Sequence record: NC_028248.1
Reading direction: 5' to 3' (one strand)
Length of the DNA: 64,000 nt
Origin: Escherichia phage slur16
This document shows positions 1 to 9,057 of this stretch, in pieces (the stretch's first letter is position 1; each line of letters opens with the position of its first letter). Below the pieces are notes generated by a model. The model saw only the letters and a program-made list of their open reading frames with translations, had not been told where the DNA came from and did no database searches. The position numbers and the translations under genes were made by a program.

Positions 1-47
1 ATCCAGTGATAGTATCCACACATCGTTTGGAGAATATGGGATACACA

Positions 48-137
48 ATGAAAACATTGTCAGAGGTTTTGGTGGTGATCCTGATGATCATTACGTCCAT
101 AGTGGCTGTTGCCGGAATACTCACGGGTGGAACATGA
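48..137 (+). CDS. small hydrophobic peptide (29 aa, one predicted TM helix)
   Basis: ATG at 48 with GGAGA upstream; stop overlaps ATG of next ORF (ATGA at 134-137); below the 60-aa track cutoff, found by eye. Confidence 0.25.
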   Translation: MKTLSEVLVVILMIITSIVAVAGILTGGT

Positions 138-346
138 TAAACACACATGCATCTGAAGAGACATCCAAAGGAGTGACTATATGTCCCTTGACTGAGCCAG
201 TGCAAGAGGAAAACTTCGATTCTGAAGATTCTTCATCTTCGCTCCAGGTAGATCCTGAGGCTGATGACCTGACGTGGGAAGACATCGTAGATATCTGGTT
301 CTCTATTATGCCTGAGCACGAAGAGTTCAGGGGTGGTAGACTATGA
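134..346 (+). CDS. hypothetical acidic protein (70 aa)
   Basis: Track ORF; start overlaps the upstream small ORF stop; competes with antisense ORF 121..360. Confidence 0.35.
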   Translation: MINTHASEETSKGVTICPLTEPVQEENFDSEDSSSSLQVDPEADDLTWEDIVDIWFSIMPEHEEFRGGRL

Positions 347-468
347 AGCACCGAGCCCACACCGGTTCCTCATGCTAAAGCATGGCCTGAAGAGGCAAAC
401 GTGCATAATTCCAGCGTATTGGAACGCATAAAACCCTGTTCACACTCTCATTTTCCAGAGGAGATTTC

Positions 469-684
469 ATGAAGATAGAGATATTTGGTGGAGCTGACAA
501 CACTCGTGGCCTGATTTACCTTGAATTCGATGAATCATACCTGCCAGAGGTGTTAAATATAGACTCTGTTGCTGAGGCTTTGGGAGTAAACCCTAAAGAA
601 CTCCACTCTTGTGCTGAGATTGATGGTTGGGAGGAGACCATGAACATTGATTTCAGTGAAGTAGGTGATGAACCACTGGACTGA
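469..684 (+). CDS. hypothetical protein (71 aa)
   Basis: Track ORF; GAGGAG 5 nt upstream of ATG. Confidence 0.45.
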   Translation: MKIEIFGGADNTRGLIYLEFDESYLPEVLNIDSVAEALGVNPKELHSCAEIDGWEETMNIDFSEVGDEPLD

Positions 685-813
685 CACACAATTAGCTGCC
701 CGGTTAAAGTGCTGGAAGCGCACCTATAACACATCTTTCAACTAAATTTCCCACCACCACAATCACTTACCTTCCACACATGACTGTTTGCTTGTTTAGT
801 GAGCAGTCATGCC

Positions 814-841
814 TTGACATTCTTGCCTATCCTGATAAAAT
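814..841 (+). promoter_or_regulatory. sigma70-like promoter (TTGACA-N16-TAAAAT) with no ORF downstream
   Basis: TTGACA at 814-819, TAAAAT at 836-841; followed by hairpin CCGAgtaatTCGG plus T-rich run (~860-885) and a GC-rich ORF-free stretch. Confidence 0.3.
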
Positions 842-1036
842 TAAGTTCTTCTCTTTTCTTTTACCGAGTAATTCGGGTTTTCTGTTCTCTTCGGTTTGAA
901 GGGGTATGGAGATACACCTGAGTGAACAGGGTGAACAACCGAACCATTGGCTATGGCATTAGCATGGCGAAGCGGACGGGTGACGAAAGAGGGGCCGGAG
1001 GACACCAGTCACTGCCATATGATATATGGGTGATAA

Positions 1037-1596
1037 CCTGAAGAGTCTGAATAAGTGTTTAAGTACCAGTCAGAGGAAAAGGTGAATGGTAGCCGAAGGG
1101 GGAGGGGGGTTTCTTGTATCTTTAATTTGTATATTATGTATACACTTGTAAACCAATCTCATCTGAATCTGTTTACCACACAAAGCGGATAGAGACAAAT
1201 ATCACCTATTAAACTTGAATTATTTATAGAAAATACCACAACACCACTTAAGTCTTTGATTTTACACACAAATCCTACAGATATTCAACCTCCATATTTA
1301 ACATACTTGTAACATATTCCATACTCTACCTGTCTGATCAATCTACCCAACCACATCCTTCATATTTTCCCTGTCTGTACCACCCCTGCCCCGCCGGGAG
1401 TCCCGTCATATCTGGCTTTCCAGCAAATATCACACCCACAAATATCATTGCCTGAAGAGGGTTTCATCCCATAATACATGCCTTACCTGAAGAGCGCTTC
1501 ATACACCACGTAAATTTTTTAATTGACCTGCAATTTTCCCGTCATGACCCCCTGCCCCGCCGGAGAGGTTGGCTTTTCCCACACAGACCTGAAGAG
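1037..1596. repeat. dispersed short repeats: cctgaagag x4 and cccctgccccgccgg x2
   Basis: cctgaagag at 1037, 1451, 1486, 1588; cccctgccccgccgg(g)ag at 1383 and 1548. Confidence 0.5.
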
Positions 1597-2165
1597 TCAG
1601 CCAGAAATATCTGAACAGGCCCAATTCTACCACGATTTTGACCTGACCTACAGGAGTGCTGCCAGGCGGACGAAATGGGAATACTTCTCATTCTTATAAC
1701 AATTCTCAAATATCAAGGCAGTGAGGCAAATTAATAGGCTAGGCCGTTCACACAGTGGCACAACATTTGCAACCTATCTTGTGGGGGTGAATGAGAATAC
1801 CTATCATTGTGAGAATAGTTATCATTACGGGCAATTTAACATAATACCCATTATGCGCACCACTGGCGATACATACAGGGATTGATAACATGGGTTACTG
1901 TTTACGCACATAACAATTATATTTCTTATTATTTGTGGGGGATATAGTTAGCAGCCGATAGATTAGATATTAACCTGCAGACTTCTGACCGTCCAGACGT
2001 CTAAACGCCCACACACCAAGGATTATACATACACTCCTGAATGTAAACAGGGCCGCAAAAATGCTACCATACAAGCTTGTAAATTTTTCATGCAGCACTT
2101 GACAAAGAGGAGGAAAACTTGTCTGACACTTTAGACACAATAGTGACACAATATGACATAATTGA

Positions 2166-2310
2166 CATGCATGACTGTTTACGCTCTCATTATTCACGCT
2201 ATTACTATTCACTCCCTTTACTATTCACGCTCTTACTGTTTACATGCTTAATAGTACACATGACCAATAGTTTACATAGCTAACTGTTCACGTATAGACT
2301 ATTTACACAA
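2166..2310. repeat. iteron-like tandem array (~8 copies of ~16-bp unit, consensus ACTRTTYACNC)
   Basis: Tandem units such as attattcacgc, actattcactc, actattcacgc, actgtttacatgc, agtttacatagc, actgttcacg, ctatttacac read directly. Confidence 0.5.
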
Positions 2311-2321
2311 AGATGATAAGA

Positions 2322-2577
2322 CATGCCATTCGTTTGCATGACAATAATTATACATGACAATAATCACACTGATTATAATTAGCATGACATAATATAAAAG
2401 CAGGGCAACTATTAGCAGATCTATAGTTGCCTTGCTTGTTATGTCATGATTAACTAAATACAAGGCAACTATGATCTGATTAATAGTTTGCAGACAAACC
2501 ATCACGGGGGTGATGGTTACTGCTTTTATATTATGTCGCGACTCCGTCGCGCCATGCCATTCGTTTGCATAGTTGCC
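2322..2577. repeat. 18-bp direct repeat pair bracketing three palindromes
   Basis: catgccattcgtttgcat at 2322-2339 and 2553-2570; palindromes ggcaactat/atagttgcc (2404-2431), aaccatca-cggggg-tgatggtt (2497-2518), cgcgac-tcc-gtcgcg (2536-2550). Confidence 0.5.
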
Positions 2578-3231
2578 TTATTGTTACGAATAAAACAATT
2601 GCATTGTTAATGATTTCTTATCTTTCTCTTAGTCATCTAATGATTCCAGTCAGTATAGTAATGTACAGTAAACATTAGACGACTAAAGATTTCTCTGTTT
2701 ATTATAACTCACCGTTATAATTTCGAGCTGTTTACGAAAAATGTTGACATCCTAGCCGATTTATGTTATGCAGTTTACACGAATAATTATTTTATGCAGG
2801 TATTGACTATTCCGTTATTCTATGGTTGGAATAAATACTTAGCAGGCTATAGACTGGTGAGCGTACGTAAATTCTGAGATCTGGCGGCTATAGTTATACT
2901 CGATTTTTCACGTAGAACACGCTTTTGTGGTTATGTAAGTGCATGACTTATAAAGATTTTTAGTTGTTGACAAGATATTGGAGATGTGCATCAGGTTAAA
3001 ATTTGTGCAATAGCGGCATTACGTGCAATTTTGGAAGGGAAAACGGGTAAAAATGGCCTTGCTACCACACAATGAAAAATTATGCAATAGTTATTTTCCA
3101 TGTATATTTGTACAGTGTGCGGGATTGATGGCTCGTCAATTATTCCACTTGCCAGGTAGGGCCGTTTATGGTAGGAAAAGAGAAGACAAAAAGAAAGGGG
3201 CTTTAAGCCCCTGACCGTTCATCTTGTTGTA

Positions 3232-3495
3232 TTATTTGTTGCTCATCCAGTTTTCCCAAGCTGCCTGATAATCTGCCTCACTACGGCGGATCTCTTCTTG
3301 TTCTTCAAGTCGGATCTCTTCTTCCAGGTACCCCAAGATGTCAGCCTTTTTGGTCTGGCGTAGCATCCAGTCATCTTTTTTGCGGGTAAAGATCTTATAA
3401 GCTTTCTCGCAAACCTCTTTTTTGCTACCTTTCTGGACTTCCAGAACACGATAAGCCATATATTGAACTAGTTTGAGCTGGTCAAGACGTTTCAT
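3232..3495 (-). CDS. hypothetical protein (87 aa)
   Basis: Track ORF; last gene of the minus-strand early array. Confidence 0.45.
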   Translation of the reverse strand: MKRLDQLKLVQYMAYRVLEVQKGSKKEVCEKAYKIFTRKKDDWMLRQTKKADILGYLEEEIRLEEQEEIRRSEADYQAAWENWMSNK

Positions 3496-3557
3496 GATGT
3501 TTTTCCTCTTTATGTGGTTTTTGTTTAGTGGGCCTTTTGGCCCGTGTCATTATCTTA

Positions 3558-3830
3558 TTACTTACGGCGGCAGAATTCAAGCGTTTTTAATTGATAATCT
3601 TCCTCAGCCTGGAGTACAACCGCCTCGATCATTTCGTTGGCATTGTTGAAGCCATACCCTTTAGCGAACTCATCCGCACCACCTTCGTGATCATGTTCTG
3701 CGTTCATCGCTTCCACGAAATGGAATTCAAGATTATTGAGATAAGGGCTTGATGTTCCGTCCTCTTTTTCGATGAGATCCCAAATAGCATTAAAACGTGA
3801 TTCGACTTCTTGATTAATCCAGCTTGACAT
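3558..3830 (-). CDS. hypothetical acidic protein (90 aa)
   Basis: Track ORF; preceded on minus strand by promoter, hairpin gggcacttttgcccc and AGAGAGGAAAA before ATG. Confidence 0.5.
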   Translation of the reverse strand: MSSWINQEVESRFNAIWDLIEKEDGTSSPYLNNLEFHFVEAMNAEHDHEGGADEFAKGYGFNNANEMIEAVVLQAEEDYQLKTLEFCRRK

Positions 3831-3883
3831 AATGTTTTCCTCTCTTCTGGTTGTTGTGTGGGCACTTTTGCCCCTTCAAGATA

Positions 3884-3912
3884 AATGTTACCCCACCACC
3901 TGGCAGATGTCA
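3884..3912 (-). promoter_or_regulatory. sigma70-like promoter (TTGACA-N17-TAACAT)
   Basis: Minus strand TTGACAtctgccaggtggtggggTAACAT; -35 = plus 3907-3912, -10 = plus 3884-3889. Confidence 0.4.
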
Positions 3913-3938
3913 ACGGTTTTTATAGTTCTTATATGACA

Positions 3939-3969
3939 GGCAGGCCCGGTGATTGTCTCCCCCCCCCCC
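3939..3969 (-). repeat. E-element copy C (inverted) ending in an 11-nt homopolymer tract
   Basis: Plus 3939-3961 is the exact reverse complement of 13530-13552 (23 nt); C run at 3959-3969. Confidence 0.55.
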
Positions 3970-4039
3970 GTCGCCAGGTGCCTGCCGTGTAATAAGTATA
4001 ACAAAAAACAGGACAAAAGCAAGCCCTGTTTTGTAAAGA

Positions 4040-4243
4040 TTAGATGATCTGCATATCCTCCACGATAATTTCTAATTTCCAAACAAGATGATCTAAGCTC
4101 CCTGATAAAAATGATTCCGATACATAACCGCCATCGGACACCGTAGCAAGGATCTCGCCATTTGCTTGCTCTTTGATTTGAACATCCAGGCGGTTAGCCT
4201 TTGCTTTGTTCAGGACGGCGATCAGGCGGTTAGCTGTAGTCAT
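4040..4243 (-). CDS. hypothetical protein (67 aa)
   Basis: Track ORF; followed on minus strand by hairpin acaggGCTTGCTTTTGTcctgt plus T-run. Confidence 0.45.
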   Translation of the reverse strand: MTTANRLIAVLNKAKANRLDVQIKEQANGEILATVSDGGYVSESFLSGSLDHLVWKLEIIVEDMQII

Positions 4244-4327
4244 GGTGTTTTCCTTTCAGTTGTGAGCGGCACCATTGCCGCCCTACGTGATACATCTTAC
4301 ACTATCAGATACATTGTGCAAGCTATT

Positions 4328-4519
4328 TTAGATCTCGTCACCTATATAATCAGATCTGTTCTTCTCTGTCATACGCTTAAGCAATTCCTGCATATAGCTT
4401 ATGGCTTGCAAGGTGTCTTCCTCCAGGCTTGAATCAACATAATCAGGATCATTCTCAACCTTGCTATAGTTATGATAGCGTAACGCTGCCAATACCTTTC
4501 TAACTTGTTCAACATTCAT
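4328..4519 (-). CDS. hypothetical protein (63 aa)
   Basis: Track ORF in co-directional array. Confidence 0.4.
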   Translation of the reverse strand: MNVEQVRKVLAALRYHNYSKVENDPDYVDSSLEEDTLQAISYMQELLKRMTEKNRSDYIGDEI

Positions 4520-4668
4520 TTTTATCGCTCTTTAAAACAAGGTGCCAACCGTTTCTAGTAGATCACTGACCACCAGGACAATACTGATCAGCACATATCT
4601 AACCATAAGGGGAAAGAGCGCCAGCGATCCCGCCACAATCCCCAAGGTAATGATTATCTTTTTCACGG

Positions 4669-4953
4669 TTAACGGTTAACGTAAGCTTTACCGTTCACGG
4701 TTATGGGTAGATCCTCCAGGTCTGGATCTTCCTTAAGGTCGCGAGCAAGCTCACCGCACCGGATACCCTCGAATCCGTAGTACTCTGTTGTACCGTCATT
4801 AAAAGTTTTAGCGGCAAGGCATAAGCGATAAGTAACCCCGATTTGATTGACGGCATGGATATCCGTTAGATCAACCTCTTTTGCCAGCTCTTTAGCCATT
4901 ACAGGCGCATTAAGTCCAACAACCAGGGCAACTACTGCGATCATCTTTTTCAT
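4669..4953 (-). CDS. hypothetical secreted protein (94 aa, N-terminal signal peptide)
   Basis: N-terminus MKKMIAVVALVVGLNAPVMA looks like a signal peptide. Confidence 0.5.
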   Translation of the reverse strand: MKKMIAVVALVVGLNAPVMAKELAKEVDLTDIHAVNQIGVTYRLCLAAKTFNDGTTEYYGFEGIRCGELARDLKEDPDLEDLPITVNGKAYVNR

Positions 4954-5044
4954 TGTGTCTATCCTCTTTCTGCTACGTTTAAGGCGGCGGTAACCGCCTG
5001 TTTATGATTTATTGGTTAATTTTCAGGTATCGCTATAAATTAAA

Positions 5045-5269
5045 CTATGCTGTACGCTCAACTATAACAACGGTTTGAGGGATCTCACCTTCCACCACTA
5101 TCAAGGCCTTTTTCTGCGTGATGGATATCTTTACCCGTTGCAGCGTGGCGGTGAAGTCTTTCATTTCGTCACGTGGTGTTTTAGTGCAATGCCAGATCTC
5201 AGGCTTACCTATTTGCAAGCCGCGTAAAAATTCTGTTTTACCTGTCTTATTCGTGATCATTTGATTCAC
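5045..5269 (-). CDS. hypothetical protein (74 aa)
   Basis: Track ORF. Confidence 0.4.
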   Translation of the reverse strand: MNQMITNKTGKTEFLRGLQIGKPEIWHCTKTPRDEMKDFTATLQRVKISITQKKALIVVEGEIPQTVVIVERTA

Positions 5270-5270
5270 C

Positions 5271-5375
5271 TTAACCGATACCGTGGGAAGATAGGATCAT
5301 GTTAGCCATAGTTGCAACCACTCCAACCGATAATGCCAGGCCAACTACTACAACCGTGAAAATTTTCTCTAACAT
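5271..5375 (-). CDS. small membrane peptide (34 aa; track version starts at 5474)
   Basis: Internal ATG at 5375 preceded by GAGGGT; the longer track start would overlap the upstream small ORF. Confidence 0.3.
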   Translation of the reverse strand: MLEKIFTVVVVGLALSVGVVATMANMILSSHGIG

Positions 5376-5458
5376 GATTCTACCCTCATTAATGGGCGTT
5401 GCCTTATTGCCCCGCCCTACGAAATACAGTCTATCAAGTAATAAACTATTGTCAAGAT

Positions 5459-5596
5459 TTATTTTACTTCCCAAACGGAAAATTCACTACCTGGCGGAAT
5501 CATCTTTTTAATCTTGTTTGCTGCTGCTACCAGATCCACGGCTTGTACTGTAATAATATAACCAATTGTCGAGGCTGTTGCGTTGAAAGTTTTCAT
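5459..5596 (-). CDS. small hypothetical protein (45 aa)
   Basis: Found by eye: promoter, hairpin gcgggaatacttcccgc, GAGGGT, ATG at 5596, TAA at 5459-5461. Confidence 0.3.
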   Translation of the reverse strand: MKTFNATASTIGYIITVQAVDLVAAANKIKKMIPPGSEFSVWEVK

Positions 5597-5644
5597 TAAA
5601 TTACCCTCATTAATGGCGGGAAGTATTCCCGCGCTATGTAGTAC

Positions 5645-5672
5645 ACTTTACCAGATTGTTGACTGTTGTCAA
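5645..5672 (-). promoter_or_regulatory. sigma70-like promoter (TTGACA-N16-TAAAGT)
   Basis: Minus strand TTGACAacagtcaacaatctggTAAAGT. Confidence 0.35.
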
Positions 5673-5678
5673 ACTATT

Positions 5679-5858
5679 TTAACGATAATCATCATATGCT
5701 TTATTGACCTGGCGAATATAACATTCAAAAGCTAGATCAATAGATTTATATTCACGGATATATTCACCATAGGAAACCACATACATTTCTATAGCTTCCT
5801 CATATGCGAGGAGAATAGAATCTAAGCCTACGATCTCAGTCTTTGCAATAATAGCCAT
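5679..5858 (-). CDS. small hypothetical protein (59 aa)
   Basis: Found by eye, just under track cutoff: ATG at 5858 (MAIIAKTEIVGL...), TAA at 5679-5681. Confidence 0.35.
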   Translation of the reverse strand: MAIIAKTEIVGLDSILLAYEEAIEMYVVSYGEYIREYKSIDLAFECYIRQVNKAYDDYR

Positions 5859-5935
5859 GATTTTTATCCTCTTTGTGGTTGGTGGGGCTTGTTGCCCCCC
5901 CTTTGATTTATATATTACAGTCTTATATGGTCATG

Positions 5936-6169
5936 TCAACTATTTTCAAAAAATTTTTCTGCTGTGATATTTTTCCCGGTCGGATTTGCTACTTTCAAAA
6001 TTCTATCATGAACCGGACGCCCGAAAGAATAAGATCCGTATACAGTAAACCAATAATCGCCGTCAGGTTGTACTATTACCGCCGCATATGGTACGCCTTT
6101 TTCGTTTTTGCTGACAAAATAGATCACATTGCCATTAATAGCCTCAGCGCGTTTAATTTGTTCCATCAT
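5936..6169 (-). CDS. hypothetical protein (77 aa)
   Basis: Track ORF; hairpin ggggccttttcggcccc upstream. Confidence 0.45.
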   Translation of the reverse strand: MMEQIKRAEAINGNVIYFVSKNEKGVPYAAVIVQPDGDYWFTVYGSYSFGRPVHDRILKVANPTGKNITAEKFFENS

Positions 6170-6223
6170 GATGATTTACCTCTCTTTATTTTCATAATTG
6201 GGGCCTTTTCGGCCCCGCCAGGT

Positions 6224-6508
6224 TTATTTATTGATAGCGTGCAGCGGGAAAGGTACTCCAGGTTGATAGATAACTTTTACAACCTCATCAGGGCAAAAGA
6301 AATTGCAGAATTCACCCTGATAAGCCTCATCCTCTTTCAATTCTTCATCAACATACTCAAAAAAGTAGTCGATGCTTGGATAATCCTGGCCGGGATTATA
6401 GTCTACCATCGTTAATAACAATTCTTGATCATTCCGTAGGATATGCATACCCGCTTTTAAGTATTTTGCTTCCATTTCCACTACATCGCCAACGGTGATA
6501 ATAGCCAT
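6224..6508 (-). CDS. hypothetical acidic protein (94 aa)
   Basis: Track ORF. Confidence 0.45.
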   Translation of the reverse strand: MAIITVGDVVEMEAKYLKAGMHILRNDQELLLTMVDYNPGQDYPSIDYFFEYVDEELKEDEAYQGEFCNFFCPDEVVKVIYQPGVPFPLHAINK

Positions 6509-6709
6509 GATTTTAACTCCTATCTATCCGGTTAATGATTGGGGGCCGCCCCCCTGACACGTCCTATTATCCATATTGTAGGACTTGATGCAAGTACTTC
6601 TTTAAAAATTTTTTAAGCGCCTTGGGGCCGCTGTAACGCTAAAATAATAAAGGCCATGCAACCGCATAGCCTTTATGTGATTATATCGCTGCAGGCCCTG
6701 CCTGGGGCC

Positions 6710-7060
6710 TTATTTTGCATTCTTGCCTGTATTGCCGCCACGGTACCAGCGTTTGCGGTGAAAATGGTAATAATCACCCTCGGCATTAAACATCAGATGA
6801 TTTTCAATAACCAGCTTACGAAGGTGGGCCGGATCTTGTTCCATTCTTGCCAGATTCCGGCGGCTGTTACGTAAACGTATAAATTCCATATTCAGGCCGT
6901 TGATTGCAGCATGGATGTCAAAGTAACCCCCTTTGAGACGTTCACGCATGGCGTTAAGCTCAACACAATATGCAGATTTCTCACAAATCAAGGTATTAGC
7001 TAGGGCGCGGACCTGGGCAAGGGGGTTAAGCTCATTAAGGTAGTATAGTTTGACTTTCAT
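6710..7060 (-). CDS. hypothetical protein (116 aa)
   Basis: Track ORF. Confidence 0.45.
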   Translation of the reverse strand: MKVKLYYLNELNPLAQVRALANTLICEKSAYCVELNAMRERLKGGYFDIHAAINGLNMEFIRLRNSRRNLARMEQDPAHLRKLVIENHLMFNAEGDYYHFHRKRWYRGGNTGKNAK

Positions 7061-7077
7061 AAAATCACCTGCTGAAA

Positions 7078-7386
7078 TTAGTTTGAGAAAACATCGTTCA
7101 CAATAGCGATCACAATGCCGCCCACCTTGTCACGGTCAACAATGCACAAATCGCCATGGATCATGCGGTAGTCTGGATGATCTTTCACAGAATAGTCAAT
7201 AAGTGTTTTCTTGTCGTCCAGCTTCGTAACTTCCATTCTCATAACGATATGAGAATCATCAAAGGCATTATTCCGAAAAGTCATAGCCTGACCGCCAGGG
7301 CACCCGGTGATCTCCACTTCCACACCGTCTACGATCTGACCATCAAAGAAATAAAGATTATTAGCCTGGATAAACATGTCTATCAC
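7078..7386 (-). CDS. hypothetical protein (102 aa)
   Basis: Track ORF; 45-bp hairpin element lies ~40 nt upstream of its start. Confidence 0.45.
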   Translation of the reverse strand: MIDMFIQANNLYFFDGQIVDGVEVEITGCPGGQAMTFRNNAFDDSHIVMRMEVTKLDDKKTLIDYSVKDHPDYRMIHGDLCIVDRDKVGGIVIAIVNDVFSN

Positions 7387-7425
7387 TCCTTGTTAACTGC
7401 GTGGTATTTTTAACAGGGTTTAAAT

Positions 7426-7470
7426 TTACTTTATTGATGGCCCTGGAGTCAAGGCCATCTAAAAATAAAT
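7426..7470 (-). repeat. 45-bp intergenic hairpin element, copy 1
   Basis: tttactttattGATGGCCctggagtcaaGGCCATCtaaaaataaa; 7-bp stem GATGGCC/GGCCATC; starts 2 nt after the upstream gene stop. Confidence 0.55.
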
Positions 7471-7471
7471 T

Positions 7472-7672
7472 TTACAGGCCTACAATCTCTTTGATTCGTT
7501 TAACCGCTGCCTCAGCGCCTTGGGGGTAAAAATTATGGTAACCAATCACGCGAGTGATACTAATCGCCGTTTGATGATCTTCATAGTCGCCCTTGAAGAT
7601 TTCTTGACCGTCAATCAGCACGGCAATTTTTTCTTCTTTTTTGAAGTTAATAACGCGGATATTGTTGCTCAT
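7472..7672 (-). CDS. hypothetical protein (66 aa)
   Basis: Track ORF. Confidence 0.45.
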   Translation of the reverse strand: MSNNIRVINFKKEEKIAVLIDGQEIFKGDYEDHQTAISITRVIGYHNFYPQGAEAAVKRIKEIVGL

Positions 7673-7812
7673 TTTGTTTCTCCTTTCTGGTTTTTGTGGT
7701 GGTGGGGATTAGCTCCCCGTTGATTGTTATTATCCACATTCCGGACCGGATTGCAACACCCCGGAAGAATTTTTTTTTTAAAAGATAGGCCCCCATGATC
7801 GGGGGGCCGTTC

Positions 7813-7932
7813 TTAGTTACTTACAGCGATAAAGTACATCCCTACCCCTAACAATATTTCAAGGGCGATGATCTCAAGCCATACCATAACACGGCGCGCC
7901 TTATCGGTGCGGGGCTTATCCTTGGGTGTCAT
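7813..7932 (-). CDS. small membrane peptide (39 aa)
   Basis: Found by eye: ATG at 7932 (MTPKDKPRTDKARRVMVWLEIIALEILLGVGMYFIAVSN), TAA at 7813-7815. Confidence 0.25.
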   Translation of the reverse strand: MTPKDKPRTDKARRVMVWLEIIALEILLGVGMYFIAVSN

Positions 7933-7952
7933 CGTCTCCCCCTTTCCCCCTG

Positions 7953-8174
7953 TTAGTAGTGACGTGGTTTACAATGGCCCCCAGGAGTACCATCACTACG
8001 CACACCACAAGAAAAATTATCTCTGTCGTTGTTCGATCCATTGTTATAAAATTCCTCAAGATCAGGCTTGAAAATAAAGCGTTCGTTATTGAATCCATCA
8101 CGCCAGGCGGCTGGCTTCAAATCTTCACTAAAGGGATTAATTAACGTGGCATTATTTAAACGGTTGGCCCACAT
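7953..8174 (-). CDS. hypothetical protein (73 aa; track start 8192)
   Basis: GAGAGGAA 8 nt upstream of the ATG at 8174. Confidence 0.35.
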   Translation of the reverse strand: MWANRLNNATLINPFSEDLKPAAWRDGFNNERFIFKPDLEEFYNNGSNNDRDNFSCGVRSDGTPGGHCKPRHY

Positions 8175-8556
8175 ATTTTCTATTCCTCTCAAATAGGCGA
8201 TCCGCCTCAGTTAAACATATCTCATGGGCTTGATCTCTGGTTTTAGCCTCATCGAAAACTTGTTGTGCCAGGCTGCAGCGTAGGGAGACTGGAAGATCAC
8301 TATAATAGGCGTTGACAAACGTTTGAGCGTCGTACAGGTCTGAAAATACTTTACCCTTTCTATTATTCCCCTTGTCAACAATTGCAAGGATAACAAGCAC
8401 AATAGTTGCAACCACCCCCAGGAAAATAGATATAATAAACCATAAAAAGGCGGATCTACCCATCTTGCCAGCGATCCAGGCGTTGAACAAGGCAACTACT
8501 ACAGCCAAAATAATAAATTCCATTCTATGTACCTCTTTTGCAGTTCTGTTTAACAA
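8152..8556 (-). CDS. hypothetical membrane protein (134 aa)
   Basis: Two hydrophobic segments near the N-terminus. Confidence 0.45.
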   Translation of the reverse strand: MLNRTAKEVHRMEFIILAVVVALFNAWIAGKMGRSAFLWFIISIFLGVVATIVLVILAIVDKGNNRKGKVFSDLYDAQTFVNAYYSDLPVSLRCSLAQQVFDEAKTRDQAHEICLTEADRLFERNRKYVGQPFK

Positions 8557-8587
8557 TAAGGCGGCAAATATGCCGCCTGTTACCTGA

Positions 8588-8968
8588 TTAAAAATTATCG
8601 CCGTAAATCTTTCCGCTTTCTGCCCACACCACCACGCGGGGCATGTTATCCCATACGTCTTGTTTTAGATTGAGCGCGTGCAATTCTTCGGTGGTGCCCA
8701 TACCGGGCACGGGCTGATTGTATACTGCAAAACGACCACCCGCATAGTCATAGGCCAGGGTTAAATCACACTGGATCATCTTTTTGATCATGGCGTTGAG
8801 CATAGCGTTAGCCGCATACTGGTCACGTTTTAGGGGCAACTCTTTGATTAGTTTGCGATAGTTTTCAATGTGATCGCACACTGTTTCACGTGGAAGATCT
8901 TTCATATCTTCACGGAATGTAACCAGGTTAAACATAACGGTGTCAATAGCCTTGGTAGTGTTTTTCAT
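8588..8968 (-). CDS. hypothetical protein (126 aa)
   Basis: Track ORF. Confidence 0.45.
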   Translation of the reverse strand: MKNTTKAIDTVMFNLVTFREDMKDLPRETVCDHIENYRKLIKELPLKRDQYAANAMLNAMIKKMIQCDLTLAYDYAGGRFAVYNQPVPGMGTTEELHALNLKQDVWDNMPRVVVWAESGKIYGDNF

Positions 8969-9057
8969 AATGTTTTCCTCTTTGTTTTGTGTGGGGCAAA
9001 CGTCTTGCCCCCTTGAGTTTTAATATAGCAGGTTTTTAGGTTATTGCAACACTTTAT

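Noticed and set aside
121-360. Minus-strand ORF 121..360 (79 aa)
   Set aside because: Serine-rich and antisense to a coupled + strand gene pair that has better start context; the + strand reading is preferred, with low confidence.
1970-2505. Track ORFs 1970..2212 and 2299..2505 (-)
   Set aside because: They lie in the iteron and palindrome region, have low-complexity translations and no RBS; likely chance reading frames.
700-3200. Possible tRNA cluster in the ORF-free region
   Set aside because: No T-loop-like motif (GTTCGAATC-type) or cloverleaf-compatible segment was found by eye on either strand; a tRNA scan would be needed for a firm answer.
3888-4082. Track ORF 3888..4082 (-)
   Set aside because: Its translation runs through the homopolymer tract and promoter region and overlaps the 4040..4243 gene; likely spurious.
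7426-7470. 45-bp element as a standard sigma70 promoter
   Set aside because: The TTGACA in the loop is only ~13 nt from the nearest TAAAGT box, too short for sigma70 spacing; kept as a regulatory or RNA element of unknown type.
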